From contig PNNN01000004.1 in assembly GCA_013824245.1 (NCBI GenBank), positions 1,973 through 65,972 of the forward strand: a DNA stretch of 64,000 bases, read 5' to 3'. The position numbers and the translations under genes are program-made. Positions within the stretch are counted from its first letter, which is position 1. Each line of letters begins with the position of its first letter. Of this stretch, positions 42,797 through 51,155 are shown piece after piece. The stretch is from Chlorobiaceae bacterium. Its GTDB lineage: Bacteria > Bacteroidota > Ignavibacteria > UBA10030 > SZUA-254. Below the pieces are notes generated by a model, which saw nothing but the letters and a program-made list of their open reading frames with translations, did no database searches and had not been told where the DNA came from.

Positions 42797-43574
42797 AGTG
42801 AACCAACCAAATTATAATCTTTCAGTAATTGTTATTACGCATAACGAAGAAAAGAACATCGTTGAGTGTTTACAATCAGTCGCATGGGCTAAAGAAATAA
42901 TTGTTGTTGATTCGCAAAGCATTGACCGCACCGTAGAGCTTGCAAAGAAATTTACTGAGAAAATATTTGTTAAAGAGTGGATGGGGTATGCCGACGCGAA
43001 AAACTTTGCTCTCGATAACGCAACATCCGAATGGGTGCTTTGGTTAGATGCTGATGAGAGAGTTACTGAAGAACTTGCTACAGAGATTAAATCCATTGTC
43101 AGCGATGCGGCAACAGATTATGCTGGATTTGAGGTTGCCCGCCGTGCATATTTTTTAGGTAAGTGGATAAAACATTGTGGCTGGTATCCCGGTTATGTAG
43201 TCCGATTGTTTAAAAGGGTGAAAGTGCGTTTCGATGATTCACGTGTACACGAGAAGGTAAATATAGATGGGGCAATCGGCAGATTGAAACATGACTTGCT
43301 TCATTATACCGATGATACGCTGTATCACTATCTTATCAAGTTCAACCGGTACACAACGCTTGCCGCCGATGATTTAAAACAGGCAGGAAAAAGATTTTCG
43401 TTGCATGATATTATTATTCGTCCACCGTTTTTATTTATCAAGATGTACATCGTTCGCCGCGGTTTCTTAGACGGCATGCATGGATTGATTCTCTCAATTC
43501 TATCCGCGAATTATGTCTTTGTAAAGTATGCGAAACTCCGAGAGGCAGAAATAAAATCTCAGATAGCAAAATAA
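42768..43574 (+). CDS. family 2 glycosyltransferase (LPS-core type)
   Basis: 268 aa. LSVIVITHNEEKNIVECLQSVAWAKEIIVVDSQSIDRT, LDADE. The start could instead be GTG 42798, just after the upstream stop. Confidence 0.85.
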   Translation: MHSNRNTIIKVNQPNYNLSVIVITHNEEKNIVECLQSVAWAKEIIVVDSQSIDRTVELAKKFTEKIFVKEWMGYADAKNFALDNATSEWVLWLDADERVTEELATEIKSIVSDAATDYAGFEVARRAYFLGKWIKHCGWYPGYVVRLFKRVKVRFDDSRVHEKVNIDGAIGRLKHDLLHYTDDTLYHYLIKFNRYTTLAADDLKQAGKRFSLHDIIIRPPFLFIKMYIVRRGFLDGMHGLILSILSANYVFVKYAKLREAEIKSQIAK

Positions 43575-43674
43575 AACCCACAGCTGTAGCTATAGTTTAG
43601 TAAAGCAGTGGGCTATATTACACTGATGCCAAAATAATCGGCACAATTCTAATATATATGTTGTTAATATATTG

Positions 43675-43803
43675 TCAGAAGATTCCAATTAACTTGAGTG
43701 CGATACCAATAAGACTGGCACCGATAATAATTAATAAAATCTTAAGTTGAATCGGAACTCCTTCGATCTCCTGCTGTTCTTTGACTGCATTATGTTTATC
43801 CAT
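43675..43803 (-). CDS. possible 42-aa single-TM peptide
   Basis: Hand translated: MDKHNAVKEQQEIEGVPIQLKILLIIIGASLIGIALKLIGIF. Weak GGA upstream. No homology recognised. Confidence 0.25.
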   Translation of the reverse strand: MDKHNAVKEQQEIEGVPIQLKILLIIIGASLIGIALKLIGIF

Positions 43804-43959
43804 TTTAGTATTCCTAAATATTGTTATCAATGCACTTACCGCAACTTAATTTCATAAAATAAAATTGCCGTAAGTAATTATCCTTAATGAAGAATGTTAA
43901 TATGCATCGGCTTACGCCGAGGTAATGCTTTTTGATTTGTTAACAATAATTTTTGAAAA

Positions 43960-44310
43960 CTAAACTAATGGAGGATCGCGGGGGAGATAACGGATAAATT
44001 TATGAGATTGAATTATATATATGGAAGCAGAATAATATGGGTAAATAAAATTACTCTGATCCGGGAATTCAAATGAAGATAAAATCGATTCTGATGGTAC
44101 AAGGATTTTTATTATAAGGGTGAGGTGCTTGGCTTGCGAAATATAAATCTTATTTTCAATTGGCAAGCTTGCTTTTGTCGATTGACAAATTTGTTCTTGA
44201 TCTCCTGAATTGATGACACCATGAAGTGCAATTATTTGTCCGCTCAAAACTATTGTCAGATAGGAGCAAAAGACAATATTTGTCAATATGATTTTAAGGA
44301 ATGATAGCAT
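43960..44310 (-). CDS. hypothetical protein (signal-like N-terminus)
   Basis: 116-aa track ORF in an otherwise low-coding AT-rich 0.9-kb stretch. No SD seen and no recognisable motif. Confidence 0.3.
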   Translation of the reverse strand: MLSFLKIILTNIVFCSYLTIVLSGQIIALHGVINSGDQEQICQSTKASLPIENKIYISQAKHLTLIIKILVPSESILSSFEFPDQSNFIYPYYSASIYIIQSHKFIRYLPRDPPLV

Positions 44311-44479
44311 TACTATTCAAGATAAGAAATAAAATGACTTATTCAAGTTGATCTTATCATAATAAACCAGTTCTTTCTTTTGAAAAGATAGGAGTCGATA
44401 TAATTACACATTCTCATCATTTTTTATTATCTTAACAAACACGATTTCCTTTGAATACAATTACTTATTTGGATGTTTT

Positions 44480-45493
44480 ATGATACTTGTAATGGATAAA
44501 TCTGCTACAGAAGCAGATGTAAAAAAAGTTGTATCTCTTATTGAAGAACTCGGATTTCAACCGCACGTTTCCAAAGGTTCCGAGCGTACCATCATCGGAG
44601 TCATCGGAGATGAGAGAAAAATAAAAAGAGATCAGCTCTCTTTATTGCCTCATGTTGAGAATGTTATTCCTATTCTGCGGCCATATAAACTTGCCAGTCG
44701 CGATTTTAAACCCGAGAACACGATTGTTGATGTTGCCGGCGTAAAAATTGGAGGTAAAGAAATAGCGGTGATTGCAGGACCATGCTCGGTGGAAAGTGAA
44801 GAACAAATATTCCAGACCGCTCACGCGGTAAAAGCGGCTGGTGCTAAATTACTTCGAGGTGGTGCGTTTAAACCGCGAACAAGCCCCTACACATTTCAAG
44901 GGATGGAAGAAGAAGGTTTGAAGCTTCTTGCAAAAACACGCGAGATGACCGGATTGGGAATTGTAACCGAAGTCATGGATGCGGCAGATGTTGATATGGT
45001 AAAAGATTATGCCGATATGATTCAGGTTGGCGCGCGAAATATGCAAAATACAAAATTGTTAAAACGACTCGCTCAAATAAAAAAGCCGATATTATTGAAA
45101 CGAAATTTTTCCGCAACACTCTCAGAGTTTTTAATGAGCGCGGAATATTTATTAGCCGGAGGTAATAACCAGATTGTTCTTTGCGAGAGAGGAATAAGAA
45201 CATTTGTCGATTATACACGCAACACTTTGGATCTGAATATCATACCCGCTGTCAAGCAATTGTCTCATCTACCGATTATTGTTGATCCGAGCCACGGAAC
45301 AGGCAGGTACGATTTTGTTTTACCGATGAGTCGTGCGGCAATAGCGGCAGGTGCCGATGGATTGCTTATAGAAGTTCATCCCGATCCCGCGCAGGCATTT
45401 TCCGATGGCGAGCAATCGTTGACCCCGTCTGCGTTTCAAATATTAATGAGGGAAATAAAAGCATTGGCTGGAGTGATGGGTAGGGAAGTGTAG
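44480..45493 (+). CDS. aroF: 3-deoxy-7-phosphoheptulonate (DAHP) synthase, class I-beta with N-terminal ferredoxin-like regulatory domain
   Basis: 337 aa. Thermotoga-type architecture. [29 protein letters not shown]. Confidence 0.88.
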   Translation: MILVMDKSATEADVKKVVSLIEELGFQPHVSKGSERTIIGVIGDERKIKRDQLSLLPHVENVIPILRPYKLASRDFKPENTIVDVAGVKIGGKEIAVIAGPCSVESEEQIFQTAHAVKAAGAKLLRGGAFKPRTSPYTFQGMEEEGLKLLAKTREMTGLGIVTEVMDAADVDMVKDYADMIQVGARNMQNTKLLKRLAQIKKPILLKRNFSATLSEFLMSAEYLLAGGNNQIVLCERGIRTFVDYTRNTLDLNIIPAVKQLSHLPIIVDPSHGTGRYDFVLPMSRAAIAAGADGLLIEVHPDPAQAFSDGEQSLTPSAFQILMREIKALAGVMGREV

Positions 45494-45509
45494 CATTAAT
45501 ACTCTTGGA

Positions 45510-45558
45510 AAACCTCCGACTTTTTATTTGGATCAAGCGAGGAAAAAGTCGGAGGTTT
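45510..45558. repeat. 16-bp perfect inverted repeat (loop 17 nt) between the convergent aroF and ygiQ region
   Basis: aaacctccgacttttt (45510-45525) pairs with aaaaagtcggaggttt (45543-45558). Confidence 0.85.
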
Positions 45559-45629
45559 ACCTTGGTAGATTGGATTCATAGCACGTACCATGTTTGTGCG
45601 GTTATGAACTACACTCAACTCTTCTGTTT

Positions 45630-45695
45630 TTATTTTTCACTGATGTTCTTCTCAACAAAAAGTTTCTCACCCGTCCACGGATTCATCTCGGTGAA
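45630..45695 (-). pseudogene. orphan diverged copy of the last 21 codons plus stop of a ygiQ homologue
   Basis: Minus-strand translation FTEMNPWTGEKLFVEKNISEK* versus the ygiQ C-terminal region YTEINPWTGEKLFVEKNLGEK. Preceded in frame by TAG, so it is not part of a longer ORF. Confidence 0.7.
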
Positions 45696-45713
45696 CTAAC
45701 GCAACACGGTAGC

Positions 45714-45732
45714 CGCAGACTTCATGTCTGCG
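45714..45732. repeat. GC-rich 7-bp hairpin (cgcagac-ttcat-gtctgcg)
   Basis: Perfect stem, 5-nt loop. Second of two similar hairpins just 3' of ygiQ. Confidence 0.7.
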
Positions 45733-45747
45733 TTTAGGGCTAAGCAA

Positions 45748-45766
45748 CGCGACCATAAAGGTCGCG
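45748..45766. repeat. GC-rich 7-bp hairpin (cgcgacc-ataaa-ggtcgcg), 1 nt from the ygiQ stop
   Basis: Perfect stem, 5-nt loop. Possible transcript-end stabiliser or terminator stem (no clear U-tract). Confidence 0.7.
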
Positions 45767-45767
45767 C

Positions 45768-47501
45768 CTACAGCTTATTGGTGATTATTTTCTTCCGTTT
45801 ATTTTTCTCACCAAGATTCTTTTCCACAAACAACTTCTCACCTGTCCATGGATTTATCTCGGTATAATACATTAGTGTTGAGTAGGTGGAGGGAGTTGGC
45901 GTAAATATTTGCACCTGCTCCGGGTTGGTCTTTAATTCCTTAGAAACGAACTGTTTCATTTTCACTTCATCCTCTAACGAACATCCGGGATGTGCCGCAA
46001 TCAAATAATATGTAAGGAATTGGTTTTTCTGCAGCTTGGCGTTAGTACGATCAAAGCGTTTCTTGAACTCAGTCAGGTACCGCGTTCCCGGCTTCCGCAT
46101 CAGTCCAAGAACTTTATCTTCCGTGTGTTCAGGCGCGATCTTAAGCTGTCCCGAAACATGATGCTCGATCAGTTCGTGCAAGTATTCATCTCCGGATTCT
46201 TTATCATCCAGAATCATATCGTACCGGATGCCGGAAGCAACAAAAACTTTCTTAACGCCATCGATCTTTCTAAGCTTTCTTAATAGTTCAATCTGTGGAC
46301 GATGATTGTTGTCGAGATTCTTGCAAGTAGTGGGGAATACACAATCTTTTTTCAAACATATTCCATGTGTCTGCATTTTATCGCAGCCGGTTGCATACAT
46401 ATTAGCCGTTGGTCCGCCAACATCCTGAATGTATCCTTTGAATCCGGGATCGTGTACTATCTCATTCGCTTCCCGAATGATCGATTGTTCACTCCGTGAG
46501 GTTATCGCAGTTCCCTGATGGACGCTGATAGCGCAGAAGTTGCACTCGCCGTAACAACCACGGTGTGTGGTTATCGAAAATTGGATTGTGTCCATCGCCC
46601 GGACTTTTCCATCTTTCAGATAAAACGGATGGACGTTTCGTTCGTAGTCGAGGTTGTAAATCTTATCGATTTCTTCTTGAGTTAGGTTGTTGGCTGGAGG
46701 ATTCTGAATAAGATAGCGGTCGCTGTACTGCTGACATAATCCTTTCGATGTAACCGGGTCGTTGTTCCTGTAAAAGATATGGAACATTTCTATGAATTTC
46801 TTTTTATCATCTGAAACTTGATTGAAGGATGGAAGATTGATGTATCCTTCTTTGGGAGTTTTTGAAATGTAGCTGATACCGCGTATATCATGTAACCTTG
46901 CGAAGGTTTCCGCCAGAGGCGGACAAGCAGAACCTTCGCAAGGTTTCTCGTTCGCTAAACGATCTGCGATTTCTAAAATAGCTTTCTCACCCATTCCATA
47001 AACAAGAATATCTGCTTTGGCATCAAAGAGGATGGAACGACGTATTTTATCATCCCAATAATCATAGTGTGCAATGCGGCGGAGACTTGCCTCAATTCCA
47101 CCAATGACAATCGGTTTGGTGTTCTTGAAATATTGTCGGATGAGATTAGAATAAATAATCACCGCTCGATCGGGTCGACGGTTATTTTCGCCACCGGGGG
47201 TAAAATCGTCTTGCCGTCTTCGTTTTTTTGAAGCAGTGAAATTTGCAACCATCGAATCTACACACCCGGAGGTAACCCCCCAGAATAATTCCGGTTCACC
47301 TAATCGTTTAATATCTTTATCCGATTTGTAATCGGGCTGGGCTATGATTCCAACTTTGTATCCGGCATCGAGAAGTACTTTGCCAATCACCGCGGCGCCG
47401 GAATAAGAGCTGTCGATGTATGTATCTCCTGAAATCAGAATTACATCTAACTTTTTCCAGCCGAGCTTGTTGAGTTCTTCTTTTGTGGTGGGGAGAAACA
47501 T
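45768..47501 (-). CDS. ygiQ: YgiQ-family (UPF0313) radical SAM protein
   Basis: 577 aa. N-terminus LGWKKLDVILISGDTYIDSSYSGAAVIGKVLLDAGYKVGIIAQPD. Radical SAM CYGECNFC. Confidence 0.9.
   Translation of the reverse strand: MFLPTTKEELNKLGWKKLDVILISGDTYIDSSYSGAAVIGKVLLDAGYKVGIIAQPDYKSDKDIKRLGEPELFWGVTSGCVDSMVANFTASKKRRRQDDFTPGGENNRRPDRAVIIYSNLIRQYFKNTKPIVIGGIEASLRRIAHYDYWDDKIRRSILFDAKADILVYGMGEKAILEIADRLANEKPCEGSACPPLAETFARLHDIRGISYISKTPKEGYINLPSFNQVSDDKKKFIEMFHIFYRNNDPVTSKGLCQQYSDRYLIQNPPANNLTQEEIDKIYNLDYERNVHPFYLKDGKVRAMDTIQFSITTHRGCYGECNFCAISVHQGTAITSRSEQSIIREANEIVHDPGFKGYIQDVGGPTANMYATGCDKMQTHGICLKKDCVFPTTCKNLDNNHRPQIELLRKLRKIDGVKKVFVASGIRYDMILDDKESGDEYLHELIEHHVSGQLKIAPEHTEDKVLGLMRKPGTRYLTEFKKRFDRTNAKLQKNQFLTYYLIAAHPGCSLEDEVKMKQFVSKELKTNPEQVQIFTPTPSTYSTLMYYTEINPWTGEKLFVEKNLGEKNKRKKIITNKL
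46894..46945. repeat. 52-nt compound palindrome inside the ygiQ coding sequence
   Basis: Arms aaccttgcgaaggtt (46894-46908) and aaccttcgcaaggtt (46931-46945) are exact reverse complements. The spacer holds tccgcc-aga-ggcgga. Encodes KPCEGSACPPLAETFAR. Confidence 0.85.
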
Positions 47502-47510
47502 ATCAACATA

Positions 47511-47560
47511 AACCTTCCGAAGGTTTTCTTAGATCAATCATAATCAACCTTCGGAAGGTT
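47511..47560. repeat. 15-bp perfect inverted repeat of the same arm family in the GroES-like/ygiQ spacer
   Basis: aaccttccgaaggtt (47511-47525) and aaccttcggaaggtt (47546-47560), 20-nt AT-rich loop. The 3' arm in the mRNA ends 9 nt before the ygiQ ATG and contains GGAAGG. Confidence 0.85.
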
Positions 47561-47566
47561 GCATCA

Positions 47567-47956
47567 TTATTTTTCCAGTCCTTCCATGGGATTTCGGCGT
47601 ATCACCATGAGGATTGCGGCTTGAGGGGCGATAAGATATTTTTTTGTCTCATATTCGATTTCAATCGCTTGATCGCGGAGAAAAATAACATAATCACCTT
47701 CTTCGACCTGAAGCGGAATATATTTTACCGGATCTTTTGGAGTGGTCGACCATGATTCCTGATCGATAAAATTTGGATTTGCAACAGGATAACCGGGACC
47801 AACTTTAACAACATAACCGCTTTGAATTTTTTCTTTCTCTTTTACGGTTGGCGGAAGGTAAAGTCCGGCTTCGGTGCGCTCTTTATCAGAATCAGGGATG
47901 ATAAGTAATTTATCTCCAACTACTATCATCTTTTTTCTGCTAAAATCTTCCATCAA
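47567..47956 (-). CDS. GroES (Cpn10)-like protein with enlarged roof region; no groEL nearby
   Basis: 129 aa. GDKLLIIPDSDKERTEAGLYLP...GYVVKVGPG...EGDYVIF follows the Cpn10 pattern with about 16 extra residues. Confidence 0.65.
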   Translation of the reverse strand: MMEDFSRKKMIVVGDKLLIIPDSDKERTEAGLYLPPTVKEKEKIQSGYVVKVGPGYPVANPNFIDQESWSTTPKDPVKYIPLQVEEGDYVIFLRDQAIEIEYETKKYLIAPQAAILMVIRRNPMEGLEK

Positions 47957-47957
47957 A

Positions 47958-48416
47958 TTATCTCTTAATAAGGAATTGCTTCAACTCTTCAAAATCTTTG
48001 AAAATGTTTGATGTGCATCCGAGCACCCAACCTGGAATATCATACAATTGAAATGAAGTAACGAGGTAAACCGGTTTTCCAAAATATTTTGCCATTGTCA
48101 ACTCACCTTTTGTGCCTGCGCCTTTAGCCGCGCCTTCATCCCAGTAACAGATTACATAATCTGAATGATCTGCAATTTCTTTACAATCGATATCGACCAG
48201 ATGCCTTACAATTTCTTGATAAAGCTCAATGTTCGTTTTCTTAATATCACGAAAGTCTATGTTCGGATATTTGGTAGCGAAGAAATTATCGCTCTCCACA
48301 TTTGGATTGAATACAGTATGTTTGTGTTTATTTTGAAGCCATTCCTGCATTTCTTTACGCCAGTTAACGCCTTCGCCATCAGCATATTCCATACCGCCAG
48401 ATAGATAAACTTTCAT
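47958..48416 (-). CDS. nucleoside 2-deoxyribosyltransferase-like superfamily protein
   Basis: 152 aa. MKVYLSGGM N-terminus and GAGTKGELTMAKYFGKPVY motif, typical of the NDT-like Rossmannoid fold. Confidence 0.5.
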   Translation of the reverse strand: MKVYLSGGMEYADGEGVNWRKEMQEWLQNKHKHTVFNPNVESDNFFATKYPNIDFRDIKKTNIELYQEIVRHLVDIDCKEIADHSDYVICYWDEGAAKGAGTKGELTMAKYFGKPVYLVTSFQLYDIPGWVLGCTSNIFKDFEELKQFLIKR

Positions 48417-48427
48417 ATTATATTATC

Positions 48428-49135
48428 CTAATTTATAAATATTAACGAAGGTAAAAAGATTGAGTAAAGCAGCCAGAGTGATGCACCCACAATAATTGGA
48501 ATTGAAAGATTGTCGTCGATCTCCGCAGGCAATGCTTCAGTAACGGTTCCGATAAAGGCGGCAATCATTCCTATCAAATATTCACCGAGTTGATATTCAA
48601 TTTTTGGCGCTATAGCTATGACAGCGAGCGCGGTAATAAAGAACGCGGCACTTCCTTCTACTGATTTTGCAATAAATTTATGTTTTCCAAATCTTCTGCC
48701 AACCAACGCGGCGGCAATGTCGGATATAATCAGGATGGAAAAGCTCGTAATTGTGATTATCTTCGGGAAAATAAGAACACAAAGAGTTGCCGAGATTAAT
48801 ACGTAAGTTGCACCATTCAAAGTTTTGTTCTTCTTATCGTTCTCGCGCTTCCGCAAAAGAAAACCAAAATATTTGAAATACCACTCTTCCATGGTTCGAT
48901 TATAATATCGAGATAGATCAACAGATAGAAAAATGATTGTCATAGGTATCAGTATCGCAAGGGCAGCCGGTTTTGATAAATAATAATAAGTTATCGGAAT
49001 AGAAAGGGAGATGAGATGAATCCCCTTCCGGACAATTTCGATTCGATAATCAGATTCAATAATTGATTGCTTGCGGCTATCGTGCGATTTTACCTGCTCT
49101 ATGAAATCATTCAGCGGTTTGTTTTTGTTTCTCAT
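48428..49135 (-). CDS. CTP-dependent polyprenol/diacylglycerol kinase-like membrane protein (CdsA/dolichol kinase family)
   Basis: 235 aa, polytopic. VGRRFGKHKF...KSVEGSAAFF. Overlaps the ftsH 3' end by 29 nt. Confidence 0.6.
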   Translation of the reverse strand: MRNKNKPLNDFIEQVKSHDSRKQSIIESDYRIEIVRKGIHLISLSIPITYYYLSKPAALAILIPMTIIFLSVDLSRYYNRTMEEWYFKYFGFLLRKRENDKKNKTLNGATYVLISATLCVLIFPKIITITSFSILIISDIAAALVGRRFGKHKFIAKSVEGSAAFFITALAVIAIAPKIEYQLGEYLIGMIAAFIGTVTEALPAEIDDNLSIPIIVGASLWLLYSIFLPSLIFIN

Positions 49136-51143
49136 CGATCAAAGGGTTTGTTTCTGGATTTATTCCGTTATTCCGTTTTTCGATCGGAGGTAATTCTTCA
49201 CCTCGTATGACTTTATCTATCTCGTCTCCGTCGAGGATTTCACGATCGAGCAATGCAGTTGCAAGCCGATGGAGAACCTCTATCTTCTCCGTTAAAATCT
49301 TCTCAGCGCGATCCATTCCATTCATTATTATTTTTTTTGTTTCTTCATCTATTATGATTGCGGTTGTCTCGGAATAATTCTTCGAGCGGGTTATTTCTCT
49401 TCCTAAAAATATCTCTTCTTCTTTTGTTCCATAGGCAAGAGGTCCCATGCGTTCACTCATGCCCCATTCGCATACCATTTTGTGAGCGAGGTTAGTAGCG
49501 CGTTCAATATCGTTACCGGCACCTGTTGTAAATTGATTGAAAACAAGTTTCTCTGCCGCGCGCCCCCCAAGCGCATATGTGATCATTGCTTCTAAATATT
49601 CCTTGGAATAGGTATGCTTCTCGTCTATCGGCAGATAAGTTGTCACACCGAGCGCTCTGCCGCGCGGGATGATTGTGACTTTATGAACCGGATCGGCTTC
49701 CGGAACCATTCTGGCTACAAGTACGTGACCGGATTCATGATATGCCGTAATTTTCTTTTCACTTTCGGTGATGATAAGACTCTTGCGCTCAACACCCATC
49801 ATGACTTTATCTTTTGCTTCTTCAAAGTTGAGCATAGAAACGGCTTTTTGATTCTTCCTAGCAGCGAGAAGAGCGGCTTCATTGACAAGGTTTGCAAGAT
49901 CTGCACCTGCGAGACCGGGTGTTCCTTTTGCCAATATAGCGAGATTGACATCTTCGGAAAGTGGAATCTGCCGTGTATGAACTTTCAAAATTCCTTCACG
50001 ACCACGAACATCAGGACGGTCGACAACGATCTGGCGATCAAAGCGACCTGGGCGAAGTAATGCAGGATCAAGAACATCCGGGCGGTTTGTTGCAGCGATT
50101 ATGATGACACCGCTGTTCTGCTCGAATCCATCCATCTCAACGAGCAATTGATTTAGAGTTTGTTCACGTTCATCATGTCCGCCTCCGAGTCCGGCGCCAC
50201 GATGTCGACCAACTGCATCAATCTCGTCAATAAAAATAATAGCCGGAGCATTTTTCTTTCCGGTTTCAAATAAATCCCTTACACGGCTTGCGCCAACGCC
50301 GACAAACATTTCAACGAACTCTGCGCCTGAAATAGAATAGAAAGGTACACCGGCTTCTCCGGCAACAGCGCGTGCGAGTAGAGTCTTTCCCGTTCCCGGA
50401 GGTCCAAGAAGTAATACACCGCGCGGAATTTTACCGCCGAGACGCTGGAATTTCCCCGGCTCTTTCAAAAATTCGATTATTTCTTGCAACTCAACTTTTG
50501 CCTCGTCAGCTCCGGCAACATCCTGAAATGTAACCTTGACCGCTCCCTCGTTCAATACTTTTGCTCTACTTTTTCCGAACGAAAAAATACCTTTTGTGCC
50601 AACACCTTGCATACGTCTCATAATGATGAGCCAAACAACGAGCAACAATATCCATGGTAACGCGCTGAAAAGTGCATTCATCCATGTGTTGTCGTCTTTA
50701 GAGATCGTGAATCGAATATCTTTTTCGTTCCATTTCTTGATGACTTCTCCATCAAGGTACGGGAGTGTTACAAAAAACTTCTCAATTCTTACTGTCTTGC
50801 CGCTTGTTGTAGCAACTTCTGTTGGATTCTTTAAGATGCCGTGAAGATCGAAATTACTTATCTCAGATTTCCTAATATTGGCTGAAGAGATCGCTCCCTC
50901 ATCGAGCAATTTTTGATATTCTGTAAAAGCCAACTCGTACTCGGTGCCTTCCTGAGAGCGGAACAATGTCATTATGATGAACACACCAAGAATGATTGCC
51001 GACCAACTGAGGACAACCTTCATTACTTTGGGCCAATTGAAATCGTCGTCACCTTTGTTTGGTTTTCTGGGAATTCGCGGTTTTCGTGGACGCTGAATTT
51101 TTTTCGGTGAATTGTACTGATTGTTATTTTTATTTTCTTCCAT
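49107..51143 (-). CDS. ftsH: ATP-dependent zinc metalloprotease FtsH
   Basis: 678 aa. [18 protein letters not shown]. Confidence 0.98.
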   Translation of the reverse strand: MEENKNNNQYNSPKKIQRPRKPRIPRKPNKGDDDFNWPKVMKVVLSWSAIILGVFIIMTLFRSQEGTEYELAFTEYQKLLDEGAISSANIRKSEISNFDLHGILKNPTEVATTSGKTVRIEKFFVTLPYLDGEVIKKWNEKDIRFTISKDDNTWMNALFSALPWILLLVVWLIIMRRMQGVGTKGIFSFGKSRAKVLNEGAVKVTFQDVAGADEAKVELQEIIEFLKEPGKFQRLGGKIPRGVLLLGPPGTGKTLLARAVAGEAGVPFYSISGAEFVEMFVGVGASRVRDLFETGKKNAPAIIFIDEIDAVGRHRGAGLGGGHDEREQTLNQLLVEMDGFEQNSGVIIIAATNRPDVLDPALLRPGRFDRQIVVDRPDVRGREGILKVHTRQIPLSEDVNLAILAKGTPGLAGADLANLVNEAALLAARKNQKAVSMLNFEEAKDKVMMGVERKSLIITESEKKITAYHESGHVLVARMVPEADPVHKVTIIPRGRALGVTTYLPIDEKHTYSKEYLEAMITYALGGRAAEKLVFNQFTTGAGNDIERATNLAHKMVCEWGMSERMGPLAYGTKEEEIFLGREITRSKNYSETTAIIIDEETKKIIMNGMDRAEKILTEKIEVLHRLATALLDREILDGDEIDKVIRGEELPPIEKRNNGINPETNPLIDEKQKQTAE

Positions 51144-51155
51144 AATTTATACGTA

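Noticed and set aside
43577-43612. Possible terminator after the GT2 gene (cccac..gtggg plus a 3-bp extension).
   Set aside because: The stem is interrupted and only 5+3 bp, the loop is 18 nt and there is no U-tract. It does not meet a reasonable terminator standard.
45505-45699. 64-aa + strand ORF between aroF and ygiQ.
   Set aside because: It spans the 16-bp inverted repeat and the antisense of the ygiQ 3' relic. It has no SD. The region is better explained by those elements.
46909-46930. Sequence similarity between the ygiQ palindrome spacer (ggcggacaagcag) and the leuS core (gacggacaggcag), taken as proof of one mobile element.
   Set aside because: This is only suggestive. An unrelated conserved rplB codon run (ggtggcggacacaagca, about 26835) shows that such GC-rich strings recur by chance. 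I kept it as a low-confidence note, not a claim.
49107-49135. 29-nt overlap between the ftsH 3' end and the next ORF, considered as a possible frameshift or fusion.
   Set aside because: Both reading frames are intact with proper stop and start codons. The FtsH C-terminal tail is naturally variable. Ordinary overlapping-gene coupling explains it.
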